From: Chloroflexota bacterium | GTDB taxonomy: Bacteria > Chloroflexota > Dehalococcoidia > Lucifugimonadales > UBA3495 | DNA length: 64,000 bases | Direction: 5' to 3' | Assembly (NCBI GenBank): GCA_022562475.1 | Contig: JADFPD010000001.1 | Location: 15,172-79,171 of the forward strand | Shown: in pieces, positions 9,366-18,735 of the stretch | How positions within the stretch are numbered: the stretch's first letter is position 1 | How the letters are laid out: every line of letters begins with the position of its first letter | Translations under genes and position numbers: made by a program | Notes under the pieces: generated by a model | Database searches by the model: none | What the model was told of the DNA's origin: nothing | Seen by the model: only the letters and a program-made list of their open reading frames with translations

Positions 9366-9743
9366 ATGGCTTCAGAAAGCAAAGAGGAGATGCTAAAAAG
9401 GGTCTCTGAGAGCCGGGGTTATTCTCTGGAGATGCACCGGATCATGGCGGAGGTGGACATCGATTGGGTGACCAGCTACAACCAGTTCATCGACGCCACC
9501 TACACGGGACAGCGGTTGTTGGACCGGAAGACCAAGGAACTGCTGCAGGTGGCGGTGGAAGCCGCGCTCCGGGCGGACATCGACCAGATCCAAGCCCACA
9601 TCCGCGTGGCGATCAAGGAAGGCGCCACCCCCATGGAGGTGCTGGAGGCCATGCAGTGCGTGATCATGCCCATGGGCGCATTGGCCTTCCGCCGCGGCCT
9701 CCAGGCCTGGTCCGCCGAAACCGGCATCGGGCAAAACGCCTAG
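9366..9743 (+). CDS. carboxymuconolactone decarboxylase (CMD) family protein
   Basis: 125 aa, reading MASESKEEMLKRVSESRGYSLEMHRIMAEVDIDW...KTKELLQVAVEAAL. AAGGAG lies upstream of the ATG at 9366. Confidence 0.85.
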   Translation: MASESKEEMLKRVSESRGYSLEMHRIMAEVDIDWVTSYNQFIDATYTGQRLLDRKTKELLQVAVEAALRADIDQIQAHIRVAIKEGATPMEVLEAMQCVIMPMGALAFRRGLQAWSAETGIGQNA

Positions 9744-9754
9744 GGGCGGCGTGC

Positions 9755-9782
9755 GTAGGGGCACGGCATGCCGTGCTCCTAC
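9755..9782. repeat. palindromic element GTAGGGGCACGGC/GCCGTGCTCCTAC, probable bidirectional terminator (copy 1)
   Basis: A 13-bp-arm hairpin between convergent genes (9743 + end, 9813 - end). It is nearly identical to the hairpin at 39273-39301. Confidence 0.65.
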
Positions 9783-9812
9783 GGATTTGGCGCCCATCGG
9801 CGGATAATCCCT

Positions 9813-10607
9813 TTATTTTTGCCAGTTGACTTTGTTGGTCAGGGTGCCGATATCGTTGATGGATATGGCGCAGACATCGCCGTCCTTCATATTCTCGGTG
9901 GCGCCGTCGGTGCCCATCCACAACACATCCCCGGGCACTAGGGTCAAATACTGACTCATCTTGCTGATGAAGGTGCGCACGCCGAAGATGGCCGTGGCTG
10001 CGTCGTACTCGCCGACGATCTTGTCGTTGACCCTGATGACCACGTGCAGGTCGTCGGGGTTCAGACCGGTCACGATCCACGGGCCCATGGGCTTGAAGGT
10101 GTCGGTGTTCTTGGCCCGCCACATGGTGCGGTCGTTCCGCTGCCAGGTGCGCTCGCTGACATCGTTGCCGATGGTGAACCCAAGCACATAGCCCAGCGCC
10201 TGTTCCTCGGTTACGTTACGGCAGGTCTTGCCGATCACCGCCACCAACTCACCCTCGTATTGAAGCATCTCCGTCGCATCTTTCGGGACGATTATGTCGT
10301 GGCCGTCGGGCACCAAGGCGTTGATGGCCCGGTAGCCGACGTCCGCCTGTTGGGGAAGCACCGGCTCTTCGCCGCGCATCTGGGCGGCCCAGGTCACATG
10401 CTCCGGATAATTGATACCTGCGGCATAGAAGGTCGGCGGTATCACCGGCACCTCCAGCTTCACCGCATCCAGTTTGTAGGTATTGGAGGTCTTCTTGTAG
10501 CTGTCGAAGGGGGTGCCCTCAACCTCGGTAATTGTGTCGCCCCCTGTGGCGCTTTCAATGATGCCGTAGGAGATGGGTCCGCCGGTGGAGAATCTGCACC
10601 ATTTCAT
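9813..10607 (-). CDS. fumarylacetoacetate hydrolase (FAH) family protein
   Basis: 264 aa. The segment YEGELVAVIGK...GFTIGNDVSERTWQ...KNTDTFKPMGPWIV is typical of the FAH fold. A GAGGTGA RBS is present. Confidence 0.9.
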   Translation of the reverse strand: MKWCRFSTGGPISYGIIESATGGDTITEVEGTPFDSYKKTSNTYKLDAVKLEVPVIPPTFYAAGINYPEHVTWAAQMRGEEPVLPQQADVGYRAINALVPDGHDIIVPKDATEMLQYEGELVAVIGKTCRNVTEEQALGYVLGFTIGNDVSERTWQRNDRTMWRAKNTDTFKPMGPWIVTGLNPDDLHVVIRVNDKIVGEYDAATAIFGVRTFISKMSQYLTLVPGDVLWMGTDGATENMKDGDVCAISINDIGTLTNKVNWQK

Positions 10608-10804
10608 GTCTGTTTCACCTCGTATCGGCCACGAACGCTGCGGTGGCCATCGATCGTTCAGGGGAATTCTACACCGCGCCCCGGCCCGGTCAAGCCGGCG
10701 TCCGCCGATGCTTTTGGGGCGAGGTGGTAAAATCTAGCACGCTTGGCAAGCAGAGCTGAGGCGAAACAAAAGACAACGACTAAGAACCATAAGGTGGAAC
10801 AGCC

Positions 10805-11575
10805 ATGCGACTGGTAGGAAAGACGGCCCTCATCACCGGCGCCAGCCGGAACATCGGAAGAGAGGTTGCTTTAACCTTTGCCCGGGAGGGCGCGGACCTT
10901 GTCCTCAACACCCGCACCAGCCAGACCGAGCTGGACGAGGTGGCCGCGAAGTGCCGCGAGTTGGGCGTGAAAACCCACACGGTGATCGCCGACGTCTCCG
11001 ACTCCGCCAGCGTTTCCAAGATGGTGACGGAGGGCATCCAAGCGCTGGGCAAGATCGATATCTTGGTCAACAACGTGGCCATCCGCCCCCACAAACCCAT
11101 CCTGGAGGTGTCCGACGAGGAGTGGCACCACACGCTGGCGGTAAACCTGGACGCGGCCTTCTACCTGTGCAAGGCTGTGTTGCCGGGGATGATGGAGCGC
11201 CGGACCGGCAGCATCATCGCCCTGGGCGGGCAGTCGGCCATCACCGGCCGCCCAGAGACCAGCGTCGTGACCACGGCGAAGACCGGGGTGCTGGGCCTGA
11301 TGCGGGCTATTGCTGCGGAGATGGCGCCCTACAACATCCGCGCCAACATGGTGAACCCCGGCTCCACCGACACCACCCGGGGCAACCCCGTGTGGTACCC
11401 AGAGTTCCAGAGCGGCGTGGACCGAGGCTCAAGCGAACACTTGAGATCCATACCCATGGGCCGCCAAGCCACGGTGCAGGACATCGCCAACGCCTGCCTG
11501 TTCTTCGCCTCCGACGAGTCCGGCTACATCACCGGCGACAGCCTGAACGTCATGGGAGGCCGCTACATCTTCTAA
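10805..11575 (+). CDS. SDR family oxidoreductase (FabG-like)
   Basis: ITGASRNIG Rossmann motif, NNVAI, and a catalytic Y-x3-K region. 256 aa. Confidence 0.9.
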   Translation: MRLVGKTALITGASRNIGREVALTFAREGADLVLNTRTSQTELDEVAAKCRELGVKTHTVIADVSDSASVSKMVTEGIQALGKIDILVNNVAIRPHKPILEVSDEEWHHTLAVNLDAAFYLCKAVLPGMMERRTGSIIALGGQSAITGRPETSVVTTAKTGVLGLMRAIAAEMAPYNIRANMVNPGSTDTTRGNPVWYPEFQSGVDRGSSEHLRSIPMGRQATVQDIANACLFFASDESGYITGDSLNVMGGRYIF

Positions 11576-11616
11576 CCAACGCCTGCTCAGCCGGGTTTTA
11601 TTCGGCCAGCCGCCGA

Positions 11617-12618
11617 TCAATTGCTTACCCCCAACTGCTCCCACACCAGCGCAGCAGCACCCGCCAGGCCCACCGAGTCGCCCAACCGGGCTGTGGTGAG
11701 TTGAAACTCTTTGTGGAGCTCGCTCATGGCGCGGTCCCGGATCCCCTGTTGTATTCGCGGCAGCAGGTCCAGCTTTACCAAGCCATCGGTCACCCCGCCG
11801 CCCATCACGATCATGTCTGGGTTGAACAGGTGGACCACGTTGGTCAGCCCGATAGACAAGGCGGACACGGCGCTGTCCAATATCGACACGGCCAGTGGGT
11901 CCTTCTTCTCCGCGGCGTCGAAGACCGCCGCGGAATCAACCGAGTCTATGTTCAGTGCGGCTAGGGCAGAGTCCGAGAACCCGCCGGAAGCCAACTTCTG
12001 CTTGGCGATACGTTCGATACCGGTGCCGGATGCCATAGCCTCGAGACATCCCCTGGAGCCGCACTGACACGCCAAGGCCGAATCGGACGTGTCCACCAGG
12101 GTATGGCCGATCTCCGCCGTAAGTCCGTTGGCGCCCAGGAACAACGATCCTTTATCCACCAATCCGCCGCCGACGCCGGTGCTGACGGTAACGTAGAACA
12201 GCGTTTTCACGGGGCGGCCGTTGTCCGCGGACTCCTTGCCGGCGCCGAAGTGATGCTCGCCCAAGGCGGCCAGGTTGGCGTCGTTGCCCACCCAGACCGG
12301 CAAGTCGAAAGCCTTTTCCCAGAGGGCCTTGAAAGATACCCCGACAAGTACCATCAGATTAGGCGGCTGATAGAAGGTGCCCGTGGTCGGCTCCACGGGC
12401 CCGGCCACGGCGGCGCCGATTCCCGCCACGGGGCCGCCGGCCTGCTGGATGGCGACCGCCAGCAGCTTCTCAGCATTGGCCAGGTATTCTTCTTTTGAGC
12501 CGTTCTGGGGGTTGGGCTCCCGCGCTTGCCAGAGGATCTCCCCCTGCCTGTTGATGACCGCGGTCCTGGTCCAGGTCCCTCCCCAGTCCATGGCCACCGC
12601 TACTTGTGGTGTACTCAT
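11617..12618 (-). CDS. ROK family sugar kinase (glucokinase-like)
   Basis: DWGGTWTR N-terminal ATP motif and the ROK zinc motif CQCGSRGCLE. There is no N-terminal HTH, so a kinase is more likely than a repressor. Confidence 0.85.
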   Translation of the reverse strand: MSTPQVAVAMDWGGTWTRTAVINRQGEILWQAREPNPQNGSKEEYLANAEKLLAVAIQQAGGPVAGIGAAVAGPVEPTTGTFYQPPNLMVLVGVSFKALWEKAFDLPVWVGNDANLAALGEHHFGAGKESADNGRPVKTLFYVTVSTGVGGGLVDKGSLFLGANGLTAEIGHTLVDTSDSALACQCGSRGCLEAMASGTGIERIAKQKLASGGFSDSALAALNIDSVDSAAVFDAAEKKDPLAVSILDSAVSALSIGLTNVVHLFNPDMIVMGGGVTDGLVKLDLLPRIQQGIRDRAMSELHKEFQLTTARLGDSVGLAGAAALVWEQLGVSN

Positions 12619-12643
12619 CGCCTATTCTTTACCATGTTCGGTA

Positions 12644-13201
12644 TCATCTTCCCAGGAGCTCGTTGATGGTGTCCCGGAGGACCGTTTCGGTCAACGGGCC
12701 CGACAGCTTCTTCAACAATGAACCGTCCGGGCCGATGAAATACTTCTCAGGGATTCCCCGCACCCCGTAATCGATCGCCACAACGCCACTGGCGTCAAAA
12801 CCGTTGGGGTAGCTCTGCCCCTCCTGTAGAAGAAAGATCTCGGCGTCGCCGATGTTGTCCCAAATATCCACCCCTACGAACTCCACCGGTTGCCCTTGGA
12901 ACTCCTCGTAAACCCTGGCCAGAGCCGGAGCTTCCGCTCGGCAGGGCGGGCACCACGCGGCCCAGAAATCGACCATCACGACCTTGCCACGGAGGTCGGA
13001 GAGTTTCAACGTTCCGCCGCCGATCAGATCTAATTCAAAGTCCATCGCCGGACCGGCCTCAAACCGGGATTCGACAAGGTCGGAGTTCACTGCCAGTCCG
13101 CCCGGGTTGCCACCGGTGCTGATGGATGCCCAGGTCAAGAGAGCGATCAACGCCGCTAACGGCACGCCCCCACCCAATACTATCCAACTGCGCTTGGTCA
13201 T
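12644..13201 (-). CDS. TlpA/ResA/CcmG-type membrane-anchored thiol:disulfide oxidoreductase
   Basis: N-terminal TM helix and the thioredoxin motif FWAAWCPPCRAEAP. It is the last gene of the ccm-linked string, and its ATG overlaps the upstream stop (ATGA). Confidence 0.85.
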   Translation of the reverse strand: MTKRSWIVLGGGVPLAALIALLTWASISTGGNPGGLAVNSDLVESRFEAGPAMDFELDLIGGGTLKLSDLRGKVVMVDFWAAWCPPCRAEAPALARVYEEFQGQPVEFVGVDIWDNIGDAEIFLLQEGQSYPNGFDASGVVAIDYGVRGIPEKYFIGPDGSLLKKLSGPLTETVLRDTINELLGR

Positions 13202-14442
13202 TCCGGTTGCTCCCCAGAGGGTTTTTCGTCTTCGCCGGAGTATTGGCTAAAGCCCTGGTCCAGAACCCTGGCCGTAAGCTCCATCCGTTGGGTGCGGTAC
13301 TCTACTTCCGGCAGATCGCCCTCCTGGTATCGCTGGTCCAAGGCTGACACCGCCCGCACAACTGCCGCCCTCTCCGCTGGGTCCACGGTCCGAGCGGCAA
13401 CGTCCGGCTCAACGCCTGCGGGAACCGGGCGGTAGCCCCGTATAATGCCCCACAACAGCATAGCAGCCAAAGTCGCGCCCAGCGCGCTGGGAATGGCGAT
13501 CAGCCAAAAGTCGCCCCCGGTCACCGAGTTGGTGAACCGGACCCAAACTCCTGGCAGCGGCAGGCCTGTGATCTCCAACTGCAATCCCTGGCCCGGAGCA
13601 AAGTCGCGCGCCTCGTAGGCCCGGTAGGCGGTCCCTTGGACATTTATCGGAGCGATGTTGGTCAGGCCAGGCACAGCTAGATCAGGGATGCCCTCCGGCA
13701 CCCACACTTGGAATAGGTCCGCTCCTTGGGGCAGGCTTTGCCGGTAGGCAATGGTTTCATCCTGGTAGCGAAAGCTGTAAGCAAAGTTCAGACTGTGAGC
13801 TCCGGGAACAACGGGCGAGGTGAGAGCGAACCCGGTGCCGATGGACACGATGTCTCCGCCGGGGAGGTCGGATTCCACGGTCAGTTCCGAAGGGTTGGGG
13901 GGTAGGGCGAAGCGGAGGAAGCTGATTGGGTCAACTTTGGTTAGGTCGGGGACCAAGGTCCGGTCTGTGGGATTGTCGAATCTAACAAATTCAAGGACGC
14001 TGACTAGTTGGTCATCTTTGTCCAAGGCGGCAACTACCATCACATGCTGCTCCACATGGATGATAGAGGCATCCTGCGTCGTCTCGAACACGGTCAACAA
14101 TAGATCGTCGGCAAGTCCGCCGCTGTCCAGAGAAATCCCGTAGAAGACGCCCTGGTGGTCCACGCTAACGGTGTAAGAGCCTCCATTTACTATCTGAACG
14201 TCCTCAAACACGAACCTCCCCTGGGCGTCGGGCGCCGCTTGTCCGGTGCCGGCCAGTCTGCCGTCAGCGGCGGTTATCAGCATCAACACGTTAAGGTCGT
14301 CCGGTATTTTCGCGCCTTCCGTGCCGTTCACCACCTGTCCGTGAACTTCGGTGGTTTCCTGGGCCAGGAGCAAGGCCCCTTCAGAGGGGAATAGATATAG
14401 CGCTACGGCCAGAGCCGGCAACAACCACAATTTTCCTTTCAC
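13198..14442 (-). CDS. uncharacterized exported protein with beta-sandwich (carboxypeptidase-regulatory-like) region, C-terminal TM helix and SHOCT-like tail
   Basis: The GTG start at 14442 (VKGKLWLLPALAVALYLF signal-like N-terminus) overlaps the upstream stop (GTGA). HGQVVNGTEG...GRFVFEDV resembles CarboxypepD_reg. The C-terminus is a TM helix followed by LDQRYQEGDLPEVEYRTQ. Confidence 0.6.
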   Translation of the reverse strand: MKGKLWLLPALAVALYLFPSEGALLLAQETTEVHGQVVNGTEGAKIPDDLNVLMLITAADGRLAGTGQAAPDAQGRFVFEDVQIVNGGSYTVSVDHQGVFYGISLDSGGLADDLLLTVFETTQDASIIHVEQHVMVVAALDKDDQLVSVLEFVRFDNPTDRTLVPDLTKVDPISFLRFALPPNPSELTVESDLPGGDIVSIGTGFALTSPVVPGAHSLNFAYSFRYQDETIAYRQSLPQGADLFQVWVPEGIPDLAVPGLTNIAPINVQGTAYRAYEARDFAPGQGLQLEITGLPLPGVWVRFTNSVTGGDFWLIAIPSALGATLAAMLLWGIIRGYRPVPAGVEPDVAARTVDPAERAAVVRAVSALDQRYQEGDLPEVEYRTQRMELTARVLDQGFSQYSGEDEKPSGEQPE

Positions 14443-14888
14443 GGTAGTGGCGCCATCTCCGCGCCGCAGTGGGGGCAGGCGGGTGTGCTTCGCGGGACAG
14501 CGGCGCTGCAGTTGGGGCAGGCGATGACCCTTACCCCGGCGATTCCCTTGGCGTCCCGGGCCAGAAGAATCTCCTGTTCCAAGACCCACGCCGGGTCAGC
14601 GCTGCCGGCCTCGAGTTGGTCTCTAAGCGCGGTGGCGGCCTGCACGCGGTAAGCCTGGAATTGCGCTTGGAAATCTTCTTCAGGCATCCGGCCCAGTTGG
14701 TACTCCAGGTCCAGGGTCGTTATGGCGTCGAATATATCGGCCAGGGCTTGGTCGTCGGTCCCCGGTGGGGCGTCGGCGGCGGTGGGTTGGGGTTGCCGCC
14801 TACGTATGAATGCATAGAACACCACGGCGAAACTGAAGGCTGCCAACAACGCGCCCAAGAAGATGGATATGACGGTTTCCGCGTCCAT
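14439..14888 (-). CDS. uncharacterized membrane protein: N-terminal TM, SHOCT-like helix, C-terminal zinc ribbon
   Basis: VISIFLGALLAAFSFAVVFYAFI is the TM helix. LDLEYQLGRMPEEDFQAQFQ follows it. CPNC-x10-CPHC forms the zinc ribbon. Confidence 0.6.
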   Translation of the reverse strand: MDAETVISIFLGALLAAFSFAVVFYAFIRRRQPQPTAADAPPGTDDQALADIFDAITTLDLEYQLGRMPEEDFQAQFQAYRVQAATALRDQLEAGSADPAWVLEQEILLARDAKGIAGVRVIACPNCSAAVPRSTPACPHCGAEMAPLP

Positions 14889-14918
14889 GGGACTCAGTTT
14901 ACCAGGCCGGCAATCGTC

Positions 14919-16916
14919 CTAGGCAGCCGAAGGCCGGGGTCCGGAAGCGAAACGGCGTGGGCCCGGAACAGGGACCGGGGCGCGGATCTTCTGCGGCCAG
15001 AGGGCTATTACCGTTCCGACCATCATCACCGGGCCGGCCACCCACATCCACCAGATCAGCGGGTTCACCAGGATGCGGAAGCCCACTCTACCGTCAGGCA
15101 GGTTCTCACTGGGGACGATGTACAGGTCCTCAACGGGTGTGGAGCGGATAGCCGCGGTTGTGGCGGCCATGTTAAAGCTGGGGTAGAAATCCCGTTTGGC
15201 GCGGACCGTCTCCAGAAGGTCTCCGTCACGGAACACCTGGACCGTGGATATGAACTCGGTCCGGTTGCCCTTGGGAGTCTCGACGGTGCCCAGAAAGACC
15301 AACTCGTAGTCTCCGACAACGGTGGATTCACCAGGGCTCAGGACCACGTCTCTTTGAGTGCTGAAAAATGACGTGCCGACGATGCCCAGGGTCACCATGA
15401 CTATAGACAGGTGCACGATGTAGCCGCCGTAGCGGGGGCGGTTGGCCATGATGAGGCGCAGGAACGCAGTTGCGTAATTCTCCCCGGAACCGCGGTGACG
15501 CGAGCGTGTCCCCCGGTACCATTCCATCAGGATGCCGCTGGTGACGAAAGCCGCCAGCCCAAACGCCAAGAGGGCGAATTCCTTATGCAGGCCAAGGGAC
15601 GCCAGAATCGCCACCGTAGCCAGTCCGCCGACAGCCGGCGGCAGCAGTGTCTTCCGTAGACTAGCCATGCCGGCTTTGCGCCACGGGATCAACGGCCCAA
15701 CACCCATCAGGAAGATCAAGGCAAGCATCAAGGGCCCGTTCACCTGGTCGTAGAACGGACGGGCCACCGTGATCTCAGTGTCGCTGGTCAAGCGGGAGAC
15801 CAGAGGATAGACGGTGCCCCAAAGGGTCACGAATGCGATAGCCAGCAGCAGCAGGTTGTTAACCAGGAACGCGGCCTCCCGCGAGAGCATCGAGTCCAGA
15901 TTTTGAGCGCTCTTCAGCAGTGGATAACGCCAGATGAAGATGGCGAATGGGACCGCTATTCCGACCGCTAAGAACAAAAGGAAGATCCAACCCAACTGGG
16001 AAGCGCCGAAGGAATGGACCGATGGCACCGAGCCTCCCCGGTTCATGAACATCCCATAGAGCGCCAGCCCAAAGGCCACATTTATCAGAATGATGTTCCA
16101 CATGCGGAACATGCCCCTGCGCTTTTGCACCATGATCGAATGGATAAAGGCTGTGATGCCCAACCAGGGCATGAAGGCCGCGTTTTCCACTGGGTCCCAG
16201 AACCAGAAACCGCCCCAGCCCAGGATGGTGTAGGCCCACCATGACCCAAGGAGCAGCCCCGAAGCCAATAATACCCAAGAGATCATGCCCCAGACCCGCC
16301 CGGCGTCGACCCATTCATCTCCGGTCTTGCCGGCCAGCAAAGATCCCATGGCGAAGGCGAAGGGCACAGTTATGCCGATCAACCCCGCCATCAAGGCTGG
16401 CGGATGAAAGAACATGCCGAAGTGGGTGAGCAGGGGGTTTATTCCGTCGCCGTCCAGGGGCACGAAGGACAGCTTGTCGAAGGGGTTGGCCATGACGGCG
16501 GTTACCGCCAAGAAAAAGGTCAAGGTCAGCATCAGGACGGCGGTGGTGTAGGGTAGGGCGTCCTTGAACTTCTCCGGGGCACGCCAGACGGCGATGGCCG
16601 ACATGATGGACAGGACGGTGGCGATGTACAGCAGCGAGCCCTCGTTTCCGGCGTAGAAGGCCACCCAGGTGAACCGGTAAGGCATGGCAAGGTCGCTGTG
16701 CGCGGCGACGTAGGCAATCTCAAAGTCCCGGCTGATGAAGGCGATGACCAGGCTGAGGGTAGCCACCAAAAGAGCCAGGCCGGCGGCGTACATCGCTGAC
16801 TGGGCACTCTCCACCAACGCCGGCGACAAACGCAACTTGCCGGCCACGGACCCGACCGTGGAATACGCGGCCAGAGCCAGAGCGATCCAAAGGCTTAATG
16901 CGCCAAGCTCAGACAT
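14919..16916 (-). CDS. ccmF: cytochrome c-type biogenesis heme lyase CcmF/NrfE
   Basis: 665 aa and polytopic. It carries the WWD-type motif GWGGFWFWDPVENAAFMPWL. Confidence 0.92.
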   Translation of the reverse strand: MSELGALSLWIALALAAYSTVGSVAGKLRLSPALVESAQSAMYAAGLALLVATLSLVIAFISRDFEIAYVAAHSDLAMPYRFTWVAFYAGNEGSLLYIATVLSIMSAIAVWRAPEKFKDALPYTTAVLMLTLTFFLAVTAVMANPFDKLSFVPLDGDGINPLLTHFGMFFHPPALMAGLIGITVPFAFAMGSLLAGKTGDEWVDAGRVWGMISWVLLASGLLLGSWWAYTILGWGGFWFWDPVENAAFMPWLGITAFIHSIMVQKRRGMFRMWNIILINVAFGLALYGMFMNRGGSVPSVHSFGASQLGWIFLLFLAVGIAVPFAIFIWRYPLLKSAQNLDSMLSREAAFLVNNLLLLAIAFVTLWGTVYPLVSRLTSDTEITVARPFYDQVNGPLMLALIFLMGVGPLIPWRKAGMASLRKTLLPPAVGGLATVAILASLGLHKEFALLAFGLAAFVTSGILMEWYRGTRSRHRGSGENYATAFLRLIMANRPRYGGYIVHLSIVMVTLGIVGTSFFSTQRDVVLSPGESTVVGDYELVFLGTVETPKGNRTEFISTVQVFRDGDLLETVRAKRDFYPSFNMAATTAAIRSTPVEDLYIVPSENLPDGRVGFRILVNPLIWWMWVAGPVMMVGTVIALWPQKIRAPVPVPGPRRFASGPRPSAA

Positions 16917-17573
16917 CTATCTACTCTCTTCCGGACCAGAAGGTTCTGTTTGACCGGATGCTTCCGTTCCCGGTGATTCTACGGCAAGACCGGGTTGATT
17001 GGATGTGCCGCCGGGCCGGGAACCGCCGCGAGTCCTTTCCAGGTGGCGGTCGACCAGTTGCAGGTAGGGAACCAAACTAGCGTCTTGGACCGGCCGCGGC
17101 GTGGCGGGTACGGGTCCCCGGCGGGTCATGGAACGAATGATGAAGAACACGGCCACCAATGCGGCGGCCACGCCACCAGCGGGCAGCAGCCACGCCACCA
17201 GATCAGCCCCGGACTTGGGTGGCGCGCCCAAGATGTCTTGTCCGTAACGGTCGACGAAGAAATCCAGTATCTCTCCCCGGTCTTTGCCCTCAGCCAGCAT
17301 CTCCCGGACCTTCGCCCGCATCTGCAGGGCGATCTGGACCTGGGCCTGGTCAATGGTCTCGGCCGGACAGACGGGACACATGATCATGCGGTCGATTCCC
17401 TGGGCCTCGCTTTCACTGAAGGCGGCTTCCCCCGACACTGGTTCCGGGGTCTGGGCGTGAAGATGACTGGTCTGGCCCACGGCAAATGCCGCGAGGACGA
17501 CCAGAAACAAGAAGGCCCTGGTAGTGGGCTTGGCCGAAAAGGGGAGTTGGGAGGATTGAATCGAAGATCTCAT
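16917..17573 (-). CDS. ccmH: cytochrome c-type biogenesis protein CcmH/NrfF-like
   Basis: Signal peptide, CPVC redox motif (MIMCPVCPAETIDQ), then a TM helix. It abuts ccmF with no gap. Confidence 0.8.
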   Translation of the reverse strand: MRSSIQSSQLPFSAKPTTRAFLFLVVLAAFAVGQTSHLHAQTPEPVSGEAAFSESEAQGIDRMIMCPVCPAETIDQAQVQIALQMRAKVREMLAEGKDRGEILDFFVDRYGQDILGAPPKSGADLVAWLLPAGGVAAALVAVFFIIRSMTRRGPVPATPRPVQDASLVPYLQLVDRHLERTRGGSRPGGTSNQPGLAVESPGTEASGQTEPSGPEESR

Positions 17574-17633
17574 ATGTCAACCGTAGCCGGAAACGCGGCC
17601 CTAACGCGCTCCGGATTTTCTGATGCGGGCCGT

Positions 17634-18173
17634 TTACTTGGGCAGCGAGCTGATGAACCGGGCAATGGCGTTTCGCTCATCCCCGCTCAACAGCTTACCG
17701 AATGGCGGCATGACCGACGTGGGTCCAAGGGGCCTGGTGACAGCTTCCAATCTAGACACGATCAACTCTACCGGCCTATTAGTGATATTAGTGGAAACGA
17801 TGGGATCGTACCCGTATCTCTCGACCATTTTGGCCAAAACCGGGCCGGTCCCCTTGGCGTCGGCGCCGTGGCACATCTGGCAGTTGACCCGGAATAGGTC
17901 TGCGCCGGTGTTGGTCACTATGGATGCGGTGGGCGGGTAGAATGCGACCGCATCGGCCACGCCGGTCAAACGGGGCGGCTCATGGGACCGGTAGGACTGC
18001 TGGTAGTGCTGTTCATAGAAGATGTCCACGGGGTAGGTCCCCTGACTGCAGCCGACCAGCACGATACCCAAAAGCGTGGCAATCCCAAAGAACCAGCGCC
18101 TCAGTCCGCGCTTGCCCTGTTCCGTCCGGGGCCGGCTGGTGACCGGCTGTGATTCAACCCGGTTTAGCATCAA
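17634..18173 (-). CDS. actE: ACIII monoheme cytochrome c subunit (ActE-like), probable lipoprotein
   Basis: Single CQMCH heme motif and a lipobox-like LVGC after the signal region. It overlaps actD by 4 nt. Confidence 0.75.
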   Translation of the reverse strand: MMLNRVESQPVTSRPRTEQGKRGLRRWFFGIATLLGIVLVGCSQGTYPVDIFYEQHYQQSYRSHEPPRLTGVADAVAFYPPTASIVTNTGADLFRVNCQMCHGADAKGTGPVLAKMVERYGYDPIVSTNITNRPVELIVSRLEAVTRPLGPTSVMPPFGKLLSGDERNAIARFISSLPK

Positions 18174-18694
18174 GCGCTTATCTTCTCCGCTTTGCGCACC
18201 ACATCGATCGCTCCAGCCTGGGTGAGCAAGGTCTGCGTCTGGGTCAGGTCTGCGTCGTCAACGTTTACTAGAACGCCGATGTAACCTTCTGTGATCCGGG
18301 TGTCATACAAGCCCTCCTTGAATGCGGGCAGCCGGGACTCGAAGACGATTCCGATGATGGTGAAGATGATGGCGGTGAGCATGGTGCTTTCGTAAGTCAC
18401 CACGGCCATGGGAGGCAGCGATAAGATGGGCTTGCCGCCCTGGACCAAGGGGTAGGCCATCTGGGTCATGGAGGTCAGTAATATACCGACGGTTAATCCG
18501 ATGAGCGCGCCAACGAAGGGGAAGATATAGAGCCGGTGGCTCTCGTATCTCTCCCCGAATGCGCCCTCGGGATAGGGCGTGTCCGTCAGAAAATCGTAAT
18601 CGGCCTGTGGGACGCCGGCTGCCTTTAGAGCGTCGCCTGCATCGGCGGCGTGGTCCGCACTTTCAAACAGCCCTAGTATTGGTGATTTGGCCAT
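18170..18694 (-). CDS. actD: ACIII membrane subunit ActD (DUF3341-like)
   Basis: 174 aa with two central TM helices flanked by soluble domains. Its position is within an ACIII-type cluster. Confidence 0.75.
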   Translation of the reverse strand: MAKSPILGLFESADHAADAGDALKAAGVPQADYDFLTDTPYPEGAFGERYESHRLYIFPFVGALIGLTVGILLTSMTQMAYPLVQGGKPILSLPPMAVVTYESTMLTAIIFTIIGIVFESRLPAFKEGLYDTRITEGYIGVLVNVDDADLTQTQTLLTQAGAIDVVRKAEKISA

Positions 18695-18735
18695 TTCTGT
18701 TCCCTCTAGATGCCTACGCTATATTGGTCTTCCCG

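Noticed and set aside
9393-9797. 134-aa ORF ending in GAKSVGARHAVPLR
   Set aside because: It is antisense to the CMD-family gene, and its N-terminus is the translated GTAGGGGCACGGC palindrome.
10951-11964. 337-aa ORF on the plus strand
   Set aside because: It runs out of frame through the SDR gene and then antisense into the ROK kinase gene. It is Arg/Pro/Gly/His-rich with no domain-like features.
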